Shown: piece after piece, positions 25,149-34,186 of the stretch
How positions within the stretch are numbered: the stretch's first letter is position 1
Layout: each line of letters starts with the position of its first letter
Source: a virus
Taxonomy: Duplodnaviria; Caudoviricetes
Length of the DNA stretch: 48,044 nucleotides
Strand: one strand, 5' to 3'
Virus record (IMG/VR): IMGVR_UViG_3300043787_000001
Coordinates: 1-48,044 of that record
Program-made: the position numbers and the translations under genes
The notes under the pieces: generated by a model
What the model saw: only the letters and a program-made list of their open reading frames with translations
What the model was told of the DNA's origin: nothing
Database searches by the model: none

Positions 25149-25461
25149 CGGCCATGTCCGCTAATGCGTTGTCAATTTTGCTATGCGCCAGTTTGTGACG
25201 AACGCGCGCTTCGTAACTCGAATGTTTGCTGTCGCGGTTGCGTTTTCGCTTTTGATAACGCGTCAGCTTGACGTGATGCTGTTGCGGGGCCGGTTCAAGT
25301 TCAACGCCCAGATTGTTCAACTGCACGTCGAGCGGTAAAAGTTGCTCACGTATGTCGTTGAACCGCTTCGGGCTGATGTTGGGTTGTGTCAATGCGTGCG
25401 CCAGTGTCTTGCGCAATTGCATCAACATTTTGATTACGTCTTCTTTCGTCGGCGCGGTCAT
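25135..25461 (-). CDS. Hypothetical basic protein
   Basis: GGAG RBS; ATGA overlap with the helicase. Confidence 0.65.
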   Translation of the reverse strand: MTAPTKEDVIKMLMQLRKTLAHALTQPNISPKRFNDIREQLLPLDVQLNNLGVELEPAPQQHHVKLTRYQKRKRNRDSKHSSYEARVRHKLAHSKIDNALADMADDIN

Positions 25462-27215
25462 GCTGGCTCCATTTCGTTAGTAACGGTCAGTGCGTCAGGG
25501 ATAAGTATGCCACGGCTTTCTATGTCGGCAATGATTCGTTCGCGCAACATGTCCGCTTCGGGCTTGCCCAGCGTCATGGCTTGCATCGAATCCATGTTGA
25601 ACGTGAACCAAAAGCGCCGATAGTTCACGCGGTCATCATCGCCACCATGCGTCGAATACCAATACGCTATGGCGTCGCGCAATCGGTGCTGTGCGGCCTG
25701 CCGCTTCATGTGCTGTGCAATGACGGCGGTACGTGGTGCGCCTGCCGGTATGAGCGGTGCGCCGTCAATGCGGGCCATTTCGCCGCGATATTGCGCCAGC
25801 AACTGCGGGTCAATCTGCGTAAGGTCGCCGTCTACCTGCAACGGTCCACCACTGGCAGTCGGGGGCGGCGCTTCGGTGCCGCAGTAGGGGCAACATGTGA
25901 AGATGCGTTCGTACGGGAATGCACATTCCGGGTTGAGACACACGCGCATCGGTATCCCGTCGTCAGCCGCAGATTTGCGTTTTGTTCCGGCATCAAGTGT
26001 CCATACGCGCGGGCGGTCGGGCGGTCCTTTGTGCAAATAAAAGTTGCCAACATGGTCGAAGATGAACGCAAACGGCTTGCCAGAATCTTTGATAAATTGC
26101 AAACGTTGGTCAACGCTGTAGGTATCCCACGCGCCAGCAAGCATCCTGCTAATCATAAGGCGCAGCGCGCGGCCCCACATTTGCGAATACAGCGCGAACG
26201 ACGCGGTTGGACGCGCAAAGCTGACGCATTCGATAGCGGGCAAGTCGAAGCCTTCGCCAAACAAATCAACGTTGACCAGTTGCCACAATTCACGGTTCGC
26301 AAAGCGCCGGATGACGTTACGACGCCTGTCCGGGTCGTCTTCGCCGGTCAGCAGTTCGGCAGGCACGCCCGCACGATTGAATGCGTCAGTAATGCGCCGG
26401 GCGTCTTCGATGTCTACCGCGAACGTTACGCCCAGCTTGCCGCGCGCATGTTTGATATACGTTTCAACAACGTCGCCAACGATGCGTTTCGAGCGGTGTA
26501 CAGCGTCGCGCAACTGGTCAGGGTTGAAGTCACCGCCCGAACCAATCTTCACATCTTCAAGGTGAAGGTCTGACGGCGGAATGCAGAACACCTTGTAATC
26601 GGTCAGATAGGCGTTATCGATTAGCCAGCGCATCGGCGGGCCTTCGACCAGCGCATCAGCGATGCCATGCGCGTGACGCCCTAAACCCTTCTTGTCGGCG
26701 CGTGTGGGGGTTGCAGTCGGTAACAGGAACCGCGCATTTGGGAACAGCGCCGCAGACTTGCCCCACTTGTTATCAAATAAGACGTGGTGCGCTTCGTCAA
26801 TATGCACCATGCCCACGGTCGGGCACCACGTACCAAGGTCGCGCTTTGTGATGGTATCGACTGACGCCACGCGCCACGGTGAGCGGGCGTTATAGAATGT
26901 GCGTCCGAATTCTTCAACGTGTGCCGCAACGATGTTCTTGATGACCTTATCTGATGCAATCAGACCGTGGGGCACTTCTTCGCGGGCCAGTTGCATGGAC
27001 ATTTGGCCCAACAGTTCCCCACGGTGCGCGATGCTGCAACCGGCAGGGAATTTGTGATTCCATGGTGCTGCAATGTGGTCTTTAGCGAACGAACCCATGA
27101 TGACGGTTTTGCCGCCCCCGGTCGATAGTTGCATCATCACCGCCCGCGCGCCGCCAAGATACGCGCCGTTTGCGTCATCCTTCAATGTTTGCTGAAAGCC
27201 CCGCAAGTTTGACAA
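25458..27215 (-). CDS. Superfamily 2 DEAH helicase (RadD/UvsW-like)
   Basis: LRGFQ, STGGGKT, AHR.EL, DEAHH, TATP, GEGFDLP and QMWGRALR motifs; C-terminal Zn finger. Confidence 0.92.
   Translation of the reverse strand: MSNLRGFQQTLKDDANGAYLGGARAVMMQLSTGGGKTVIMGSFAKDHIAAPWNHKFPAGCSIAHRGELLGQMSMQLAREEVPHGLIASDKVIKNIVAAHVEEFGRTFYNARSPWRVASVDTITKRDLGTWCPTVGMVHIDEAHHVLFDNKWGKSAALFPNARFLLPTATPTRADKKGLGRHAHGIADALVEGPPMRWLIDNAYLTDYKVFCIPPSDLHLEDVKIGSGGDFNPDQLRDAVHRSKRIVGDVVETYIKHARGKLGVTFAVDIEDARRITDAFNRAGVPAELLTGEDDPDRRRNVIRRFANRELWQLVNVDLFGEGFDLPAIECVSFARPTASFALYSQMWGRALRLMISRMLAGAWDTYSVDQRLQFIKDSGKPFAFIFDHVGNFYLHKGPPDRPRVWTLDAGTKRKSAADDGIPMRVCLNPECAFPYERIFTCCPYCGTEAPPPTASGGPLQVDGDLTQIDPQLLAQYRGEMARIDGAPLIPAGAPRTAVIAQHMKRQAAQHRLRDAIAYWYSTHGGDDDRVNYRRFWFTFNMDSMQAMTLGKPEADMLRERIIADIESRGILIPDALTVTNEMEPA
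25475..25485. promoter_or_regulatory. Palindromic operator-like site CGTTAGTAACG in the helicase 3' end, just upstream of the next RBS
   Basis: Perfect copy. Confidence 0.6.
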
Positions 27216-27233
27216 AATGTTCTCCGTTGGTAG

Positions 27234-27262
27234 TTGCGCAAATCGTTACTAACGATTATGCT
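27234..27262 (+). promoter_or_regulatory. Sigma70-type promoter of the replication operon with extended operator palindrome
   Basis: TTGCGC-17 nt-TATGCT; ATCGTTACTAACGAT at 27242-27256; lies between divergent genes. Confidence 0.8.
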
Positions 27263-27303
27263 CCGTTCTGTGTCACCCATCAACCCAATTTGAGGTAACA
27301 ACA

Positions 27304-28713
27304 ATGGCTTACTTGACGTTTCATTTCCCGTGGAATGTTAGCGCATCGGACGCTATCAACCAGGTGGCAACCCATTTCGGCGTGTCTGTCAGCATTGGCG
27401 GCGCACCGGCCAACGTCCCGGCGCACATCAAAACGGCTGTTGAAGCCATCGCGGCCGACCTTGGCGTTGAACAAAGCCCGTCAGTTGCGTTCGGCGCACT
27501 GCTGAATGGCGCAGCGGGAAACGTCCAGGCGACACCGGCAAATGTGCCATCTTCTGCGGGTGTCGCAACGTTGCCGACTGCCCCCGTGGCGAGTCTGGAT
27601 ATTTCAGCAACTTCGCTGCCCGTATCGTCGGCCCCTGTACCGCCGACCGTGAACGCGGCCGGTGCCCCCGTGGAGTCTGCCGCAACGGCGAACCCTGCCA
27701 GCAACGGCGTTGAATTCGATTCGACGGGCCTTGCGTGGGATGAACGCATTCATAGCGGCAACAAGACGAAGACACCGGCCGGTGAGTGGCGTTCGAAAAA
27801 GGGCGCAGACAAAAACATTATCAAACAGGTCGAACTGGAATTGCGCGCGAAGTACCCAAACGGCGCGACGCCTGCCGGGGCTGTCCAGTCCGCTGCGGCG
27901 AATGCACCCGCATCGCCTACCAACGCGCCTGTTTTGCCTGACCGCGCTGCCGGTATCGCATACGCGCACGCCGAAGGCTTGCGCGTTGCTGGGCCGCAAC
28001 TGCTTGACGACGCGACGATTGACCAGTTGAACAACGGCAAGTCGTACACGCTGTCGCCGGAACAGAACGAGTGGTATTCGATCTACTTCGCCAAGCGCAA
28101 CGCGGCGTTCGCAGAATTCATGAGTCGCGCCCCAAACGTTGCATCAGGCACGCCCGCTGCGCCCGTATCACCGGCAGCGACTGGCAGCGTTCCCGCAGCA
28201 CCAGCGGCCCCGGTCAGCCCCGTTGCATCCCTGACGGCGGCGGTTGGTACTGTTCCCCCTGCGCCGAATGCCCCGCTAGACGCGTCCGGTTTGCCGCATG
28301 ACCCGCGTATCCACGTCGGCGCGAAAATCAAGGACACGTCGGGCGTTTGGGTTCAACGTCATGATGTGCCAGGCGAAACGAAGCTGTTGATTATGGCTGA
28401 ACTTCGCGCGGCAATGGGAAACGTTGCGGCAGCGCCGTCTACAGACCCGAATGGGGCCGTTGGTGCCGCACCTGTTGCGCTGACGCCGCCCGGTGTAACC
28501 GCTGAACAGGCTGGTAGCGACTTCACGAAACTGATGCAATGGATTGTCGCCAATCAGGTCGCCAAGCGCATCACCACAACGGCCGGCCCGGATGCAGCGC
28601 GCGACCTTGGTTTTGCTGACGCGAACGGCAATGGTCAACTTGTGCTGATGCGTGAACATCCGGCGTATTTCCCGCACGTGGTTGCGATGTTGCAAGGTCA
28701 GGGTGCAATCTGA
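27304..28713 (+). CDS. Ala/Pro-rich replication-module protein with duplicated D..G..xD.RIH domain
   Basis: GAGG RBS; 469 aa; TGATG overlap with the nuclease gene. Confidence 0.8.
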   Translation: MAYLTFHFPWNVSASDAINQVATHFGVSVSIGGAPANVPAHIKTAVEAIAADLGVEQSPSVAFGALLNGAAGNVQATPANVPSSAGVATLPTAPVASLDISATSLPVSSAPVPPTVNAAGAPVESAATANPASNGVEFDSTGLAWDERIHSGNKTKTPAGEWRSKKGADKNIIKQVELELRAKYPNGATPAGAVQSAAANAPASPTNAPVLPDRAAGIAYAHAEGLRVAGPQLLDDATIDQLNNGKSYTLSPEQNEWYSIYFAKRNAAFAEFMSRAPNVASGTPAAPVSPAATGSVPAAPAAPVSPVASLTAAVGTVPPAPNAPLDASGLPHDPRIHVGAKIKDTSGVWVQRHDVPGETKLLIMAELRAAMGNVAAAPSTDPNGAVGAAPVALTPPGVTAEQAGSDFTKLMQWIVANQVAKRITTTAGPDAARDLGFADANGNGQLVLMREHPAYFPHVVAMLQGQGAI

Positions 28714-29879
28714 TGGCTAACAGCCCTTTCGAACTGCGTCTGTCACATGCGGCCGATTGGGCACGTTGCCCGGCATTTGTGCGGGTGAACAGGACGCCAC
28801 AAGCGGCAGTCATCGAAGCTGAAGGCGACAACACGGTGCGCGAAGAAGGAACCGCAATGCATTGGGTTGCTGAAGAAGCGATGAAAGCCAACACTGTGGT
28901 GTGTGAAGCACCCCCAAATGTCGGCAGTATTGCACCGAATGGCGTGACCATCACCGACGAGTTGTACGAAGGCGCAATGTTCTTTGTTGATGTTCTCTGT
29001 TCATATCCGCTGATGCCGTGGCGAATTGAAGAACAGTTGCAAGCGCGCCGGATTCATCCCACGGCATGCGGCGGCAAGCCTGATGCGTACGGGCACGACC
29101 TGTTTAAACAACACGTTGTCGTGCCCGACCTGAAGGGCGGCTACATTCCGGTTCAAGCGTTTCCCAACTGGCAGTTGATAGGGTATCTGGCGGCGATTCT
29201 TGACGCTAACCCGACGTGGGAAACGCCGGACCTGACGGTTGAATTCGTCATTGTCCAACCGCGTGCGTATCACAAGGATGGTCCGGTAAAGCGTCACACG
29301 ATGCGATTGGTTGATGTGTACCCGTATTTCGAGTCGTTACGTATGGCGGCGCATGTTGCGATGGGTGAGCATGCGCCAGCCGTTGCGGGTCCGCAGTGTG
29401 ATAACTGCGCCGGTCGGGCGTCGTGCAGCGTGGCGCATGCGGCAGGGATGCGCGCACTGGAAATAGCGGGTGAGCCTGATGTTCACGATTTGCCGGTTGA
29501 AGCGCTAGACTATGAAATGCTTCGTCTTGAAGATGCAGCGCGTATGATTCAAGCCCGGCTGACGGGTTTGCAGGCACAGGCGTCACATTTGATTCGCAAG
29601 GGCGCGATGCTGCCGAACTACACCCTTGAAGCTGGTAACGGTCGGTTGAACTGGCTTGACGAGTCGGCCGAACAGGCAGCGTTGGCAATGGGCGATTTGA
29701 TGGGTTTGGACCTGCGCAAGCCGGTGAAGGCAATCACGCCGACACAGGCTATGCAACGGATGCCCAAAGAGTTGATTGAACAATACGCGCAACGTAAGCG
29801 CGGCGAAGTAAAGTTGGTTCGATTTGACCGCAATGCGGCGGTCAAGGCTTTTTCACACTTGACGATTAAAAAGGATTAG
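28713..29879 (+). CDS. Cas4-like PD-(D/E)xK exonuclease (DUF2800 type)
   Basis: W..CP, EGT..H, G.PD, DLK.G, QL..Y, IVQPR and C..C.....C motifs. Confidence 0.85.
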   Translation: MANSPFELRLSHAADWARCPAFVRVNRTPQAAVIEAEGDNTVREEGTAMHWVAEEAMKANTVVCEAPPNVGSIAPNGVTITDELYEGAMFFVDVLCSYPLMPWRIEEQLQARRIHPTACGGKPDAYGHDLFKQHVVVPDLKGGYIPVQAFPNWQLIGYLAAILDANPTWETPDLTVEFVIVQPRAYHKDGPVKRHTMRLVDVYPYFESLRMAAHVAMGEHAPAVAGPQCDNCAGRASCSVAHAAGMRALEIAGEPDVHDLPVEALDYEMLRLEDAARMIQARLTGLQAQASHLIRKGAMLPNYTLEAGNGRLNWLDESAEQAALAMGDLMGLDLRKPVKAITPTQAMQRMPKELIEQYAQRKRGEVKLVRFDRNAAVKAFSHLTIKKD

Positions 29880-29884
29880 AGAAA

Positions 29885-31006
29885 ATGCAATTCACGACAC
29901 CCGTTGGGCGCATGGTTTACGGTTCGGTGTGGGATGGTTCGGACACCGACAGCAAAGGTCAGAAACGCATCATCAAAAGCGGCCCGAACGCGGGCAAGCC
30001 GGGCTTCACGTGGTCGTTCGGCGTGGCGTTCCCGAAGGTGCTGGCAAACGGTCAGCCCAACGAAGAATTCAACAAGTTCTTTCGTGACGTTATCGACGTT
30101 TGCCGCGCTGGCTATCCGCAGTTCTACACCGGCCCGGTTGACGCGTTCACCGGCAAGCCGGGTTGCATCCGGCCGGGCGGCATGGCGCTGAAAATCAAGG
30201 ACGGCGACGGCGTTGACGCCAACGGCAAACAGAACCGTGAAAAAGAAGGCTGGGCCGGTTGCTGGGTTGTGTCGTTCTCCGGTATGTACGCGCCGCGCGT
30301 GTTCGACGTGAACGTTGGTCTTGACCCGGCGCAGCAGTTGCAGGACAAGTCACGCGTTCTGCCGGGCGATTATATTGCGGTCAACGGCACGTGTGAAGCG
30401 AATACGGGCGCGGAAACGCCGGGCGTGTACATGAATGGCAACATGGTCTGTTTCGTCGGCGGCGGCGTGCGCATCGTCACAGGCCCAAAAGCGGCTGACG
30501 CGTTCAAGGGTGTCATGGCTGGCGCGTTGCCGCCCGGTTGTGTGCCTGGCGCGACGCCTGCCAATGTGGCACCCGTCCCAAACGTCCCGGCCGCGCCGGG
30601 CGGCGTGGTTGGGTCTGCCCCTGCGGCACCGGGTATGGTTCCGAACGCGACGGCCTATGCGCCCGCTGCCGCTCCGGTGGCACCTGCCGCACCCGTCGCA
30701 CCTACCGCCCCTAGCGCGCCGCAACTGACACCGGCAGCAATCGCGGCAGGCTTCACGACGTATCAGGCGGCAATCGCTGCCGGTTGGACGGATGCGACGT
30801 TGCAGCAACATGGCTATCTGGCGGCAGCGGCACCCGTTGCACCGGCTGCACCTGTTGCGCCTGTACCGCCCGCAGCACCAGCGGCACCCGTTGCACCGGC
30901 TGGCCCGCAAATGACACCGGCTGGCGCTGCGCTGGGTACTTATGATTCGTTCATTGCGAACGGCTGGAATGATGCGACAATGCGCCAACACGGCTATCTT
31001 GTGTAA
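29885..31006 (+). CDS. ssDNA-binding protein (DUF2815-like) with repeated C-terminal module
   Basis: TPVGRMV, IKDGD, EGWAGCW and PGVYMN motifs; between nuclease and polymerase. Confidence 0.75.
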   Translation: MQFTTPVGRMVYGSVWDGSDTDSKGQKRIIKSGPNAGKPGFTWSFGVAFPKVLANGQPNEEFNKFFRDVIDVCRAGYPQFYTGPVDAFTGKPGCIRPGGMALKIKDGDGVDANGKQNREKEGWAGCWVVSFSGMYAPRVFDVNVGLDPAQQLQDKSRVLPGDYIAVNGTCEANTGAETPGVYMNGNMVCFVGGGVRIVTGPKAADAFKGVMAGALPPGCVPGATPANVAPVPNVPAAPGGVVGSAPAAPGMVPNATAYAPAAAPVAPAAPVAPTAPSAPQLTPAAIAAGFTTYQAAIAAGWTDATLQQHGYLAAAAPVAPAAPVAPVPPAAPAAPVAPAGPQMTPAGAALGTYDSFIANGWNDATMRQHGYLV

Positions 31007-31026
31007 CGGGTAGTTGACGGTAACGG

Positions 31027-31052
31027 AACGCCCGCCACGCGCGGGCGTTTTT
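31027..31052 (+). terminator. Rho-independent terminator between ssb and pol
   Basis: AACGCCCGC-CACGC-GCGGGCGTT followed by TTT. Confidence 0.75.
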
Positions 31053-31068
31053 CATGGAGTACAAATAA

Positions 31069-32967
31069 GTGACGAAACGACCAATTGCGTTCTTCGACCT
31101 TGAAACGTACCGCAATTATTTTCTGTGCAAATTCTTGCATAACAATACGGGTGCGTTGCAGGAATTCGCCATGTTTCCGGGTCAGCCGTTGAATATTTTG
31201 GGCATCATGGCAGTGTTGGCACAAAACACAATTGTTGGCTTCAACAGCGGCAATTACGACTGTCCGATTCTTTCGCTGGCGTTGCGTGGTGCGGACAATC
31301 AAATGTTGAAAGACGCCAACGACATCATCATTACGCGCGGCATGAAACCGTGGGATTTTTACCGTGCGTACGGCGTCAAGATGCCCGACCTGACAGACCA
31401 TATCGACATCATGGAAATATTGCCCGGCGTGCGCATCAGCCTGAAGGCGTACGCGGGCATCGCGCATTGCCCGACGATACAGGATTTGCCAATCGACCCA
31501 ATGCAGGACATCGAACCGTTACAGCGCATTCAACTGTCAACGTACTGTGGTAACGATTTAGCAGTGACGAAACGGCTGTATGAAATTGCATGTGAGAAAG
31601 AGTGGTTGCCGTTGCGCGAACACATCAGCGACGAAATTGGAATCGACGTTCGAAGCAAGTCTGATGCGCAAATCGCTGAAGCAATCACGCGTTCAAAGTT
31701 AGGCTATAGGCCCGAACCTATCCAACGGCCTAGCGGGTATCAGTTCACTTATCAGATGCCGCCGTCAGTTCGATTCCAGACACCGCAGTTGCAGGAAGTG
31801 TTACGCATTGTCGCGTCAAGTCCGTTCACGGTTTTGCACAAAGACGAAGAAACTGACGAACTTGACGAAGCTGGCAATAAAATCAAATCCGGCATAAAGA
31901 TGCACGCCGACGTGAAAAAGATTCGCGTACCGATGGGCGTCAGCACTTACAAGTTCGGCGCTGGCGGTCTGCATTCGCAAGAATCCGGTGTGTGGTATGA
32001 AAGCGATGACGAGTACGAATACGTTGATAGTGACGTTGGCTCGTTCTATCCGAAAATCATCATCACGTTGGGCATGTACCCGGAACAGTGCGGCCCGCAA
32101 GAACTGGTCATTTACACCGGCACGTTTGACGAACGCATGGAAGCAAAGCGGGCCAAACGCAAGAAAGAAGCGAACAGTAAAAAGATTGTGTTGAATGGCA
32201 AATTTGGCAAGCTGGGTTCAAAGTACAGCATGTTCTACGCGCCAGAACTGTTGATGCAAGTGACGATTACGGGTCAACTATATCTTTTGATGCTAATCGA
32301 AGCGCTTGAACTGGCGGGCATCAATGTCGTATCGGCCAACACTGACGGTATCGTTACGCGTTGCCCGCGTAACATGCGGCACATCCGTTGGGCCATAATG
32401 CGCGAATGGGAATTGCGCACCCAAATGGAACTTGAACACGTCACCTATCGCGGCATTTACTTTCGTGATGTGAACAACTATTTCGCCGTGACGGTTGACG
32501 GTGAAGTCAAGCGCAAGGGTATCTTCACGACGCCGGAAGTCGGCAGCGGCCCATCGTCGTCAAAGGCACCGCATCGGGAAATTTGCACGGATGCCGTCAT
32601 TGCGTACATCAAGGACGGCGTACCGCTTGACCAAACGATTTACAGGTGTCGTGACATTCGCAAGTTCGTCACGGTGCGCACGGTGAAGGGCGGCGCTATC
32701 CGACGCCTGTATGAAGGCACTGAACATGAACAGTTCGACCAGGATACGCCGGGCAGTTATGAACTGTTGGGTAAGGTCGTCCGCTGGGCATATCGCCGCG
32801 ACTATCAAGGCGCAATCCATTACAAGACCAACGGCAATCTTGTTGCGGACAGTACCGGCGCATGGCCCGTGATGACGCTGCCCGACACGCTGCCCGACTG
32901 GATTGATTACGAATATTATGTGGATCATGCCCGCAAATTGCTGGCTACCTTGAAGGTGACGCGATGA
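31069..32967 (+). CDS. Family B DNA polymerase with 3'-5' exonuclease
   Basis: FDLETY, GFN..NYD and YC.ND exonuclease motifs; DVGSFYP, K.VLNGKFGK and SANTDG polymerase motifs. Confidence 0.9.
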   Translation: MTKRPIAFFDLETYRNYFLCKFLHNNTGALQEFAMFPGQPLNILGIMAVLAQNTIVGFNSGNYDCPILSLALRGADNQMLKDANDIIITRGMKPWDFYRAYGVKMPDLTDHIDIMEILPGVRISLKAYAGIAHCPTIQDLPIDPMQDIEPLQRIQLSTYCGNDLAVTKRLYEIACEKEWLPLREHISDEIGIDVRSKSDAQIAEAITRSKLGYRPEPIQRPSGYQFTYQMPPSVRFQTPQLQEVLRIVASSPFTVLHKDEETDELDEAGNKIKSGIKMHADVKKIRVPMGVSTYKFGAGGLHSQESGVWYESDDEYEYVDSDVGSFYPKIIITLGMYPEQCGPQELVIYTGTFDERMEAKRAKRKKEANSKKIVLNGKFGKLGSKYSMFYAPELLMQVTITGQLYLLMLIEALELAGINVVSANTDGIVTRCPRNMRHIRWAIMREWELRTQMELEHVTYRGIYFRDVNNYFAVTVDGEVKRKGIFTTPEVGSGPSSSKAPHREICTDAVIAYIKDGVPLDQTIYRCRDIRKFVTVRTVKGGAIRRLYEGTEHEQFDQDTPGSYELLGKVVRWAYRRDYQGAIHYKTNGNLVADSTGAWPVMTLPDTLPDWIDYEYYVDHARKLLATLKVTR

Positions 32968-33143
32968 CCTGGTATCAGATTGTTTTCTATGACAGCGACG
33001 GATGTGCCGCGTATCACACGCTTGCGGCTAACGGCAGCGGAAGTGCTGAAGGCGCGATGTGTGCAGCTTTAGACCGGCAGACCATCGGAGAACATCCCGA
33101 ACGTATTCAACCGCTGATATGCAATCCAATCTATCTACACTAG
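32964..33143 (+). CDS. Small hypothetical protein, 59 aa
   Basis: ATGA overlap with pol; MTWYQIVFYDSDG...PIYLH. Confidence 0.55.
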   Translation: MTWYQIVFYDSDGCAAYHTLAANGSGSAEGAMCAALDRQTIGEHPERIQPLICNPIYLH

Positions 33144-33153
33144 CAAATATTTG

Positions 33154-33182
33154 TTGACGGCGAGAAAGTAACGGTTCATACT
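33154..33182 (+). promoter_or_regulatory. Sigma70-type promoter with operator half-site
   Basis: TTGACG-17 nt-CATACT; spacer contains AAAGTAACGGTT. Confidence 0.8.
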
Positions 33183-33211
33183 TGTCACACAGTCACACAA
33201 CGGAGGATGAA

Positions 33212-33388
33212 ATGACAAACGAACCGGTTCGCAACTTTGGCGAGTTGTCCGCAGAAGAAAAGCAAGAACTGATTGACGCCTTTAATAGCGGACGCGACAT
33301 CGAAATGTTTGTTCCGGCGTTGAACGAATTTCACTGGACACGCCGCCCGATGTTTTTGGCCGATTGCGCATATCGTATCGCACTGTAA
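33212..33388 (+). CDS. Small hypothetical protein, 58 aa
   Basis: GGAGG RBS; has its own promoter and terminator. Confidence 0.7.
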   Translation: MTNEPVRNFGELSAEEKQELIDAFNSGRDIEMFVPALNEFHWTRRPMFLADCAYRIAL

Positions 33389-33404
33389 CCAACTACACTA
33401 AATG

Positions 33405-33431
33405 AAACGGCCCGCGCGATGCGGGCCGTTT
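33405..33431. terminator. Bidirectional terminator between convergent operons
   Basis: AAACGGCCCGC-GCGAT-GCGGGCCGTTT. Confidence 0.8.
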
Positions 33432-33432
33432 G

Positions 33433-33678
33433 TTATGTTGCCGCCACCTGAAGTCGCTGGGCGTTCCAGAAGTTGTCCAACCGCTGGTAAAGCAACGTCA
33501 GCGCCGCAAGGTCGTCATTGCCGCGTTTGACCGACGCGCCGCCCGGTATCTTGTATGTGTCGGGGTAGAACACGGCAAATTGCGTCGGTGTCGTCAGAAA
33601 CGATTGGCACAGTTGATGCGCTTCAATCGCCGCCTGCGCTTCTGCGACGGTTGTGAAGTTACTTACTGATGTAGCCAT
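33433..33678 (-). CDS. Hypothetical protein at the end of the lysis operon
   Basis: 81 aa; overlaps the Rz stop; ends at the terminator. Confidence 0.55.
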   Translation of the reverse strand: MATSVSNFTTVAEAQAAIEAHQLCQSFLTTPTQFAVFYPDTYKIPGGASVKRGNDDLAALTLLYQRLDNFWNAQRLQVAAT

Positions 33679-34186
33679 CGTCTTGCAACTCCGTTATGTA
33701 TGCCTGCAACTTCACCAGCTTTAACGCCGTGTTATCAGCGTCGTCAACTACTGTGAAAGCGCTCGCAGCAGTTGTTGGTGATAGCTCTGCGTAGGCGGCG
33801 GAATCATCAACTGTGCCGGGGGCGGCGGTGCCTTTGCCTGCGGCGCTGGCAGGATGACAGGCGGTGACGTGGACGCGCACGCTTGCAGTGCCAGCAAGCA
33901 ACTTAGCGCGGTAATCAAGGTTATCTTTCGCATGTGCTGCTACCTCGTTGTCGAACTGCTGTTCAAGGGTCGCAACCTTGCCTTCTGCTGCCTGACCGCG
34001 TTTAAGCGCATCGGCAAGTTGTTGGGCAGAAGTCGCGTTGATTTTGGCGAGCGTTTGAGCGTTGACTTGCTCCACGTGTGCCAGCTTTGCGCCGTCTATT
34101 TTATGGGTGATGACGTAAGTAACGCCCCCGCCCAGCAACGCGCCGATGACGGCAGCGACGGTGCATAGTTCTAGTTCATTCGGCAT
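33659..34186 (-). CDS. Rz: Inner-membrane spanin
   Basis: N-terminal TM segment, coiled-coil, VRVHVTAC and LQAYI; follows the endolysin. Confidence 0.88.
   Translation of the reverse strand: MPNELELCTVAAVIGALLGGGVTYVITHKIDGAKLAHVEQVNAQTLAKINATSAQQLADALKRGQAAEGKVATLEQQFDNEVAAHAKDNLDYRAKLLAGTASVRVHVTACHPASAAGKGTAAPGTVDDSAAYAELSPTTAASAFTVVDDADNTALKLVKLQAYITELQDDGYISK
33748..33933 (-). CDS. Rz1: Outer-membrane lipoprotein spanin embedded in Rz
   Basis: Lipobox LQAC; Pro-rich mature part; alternative frame inside Rz. Confidence 0.88.
   Translation of the reverse strand: MRKITLITALSCLLALQACASTSPPVILPAPQAKAPPPPAQLMIPPPTQSYHQQLLRALSQ

Noticed and set aside
28713-29879. CRISPR-Cas system suggested by the Cas4-like nuclease
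   Set aside because: No repeat-spacer array or other cas genes; stand-alone Cas4-like nucleases are routine in phage replication modules
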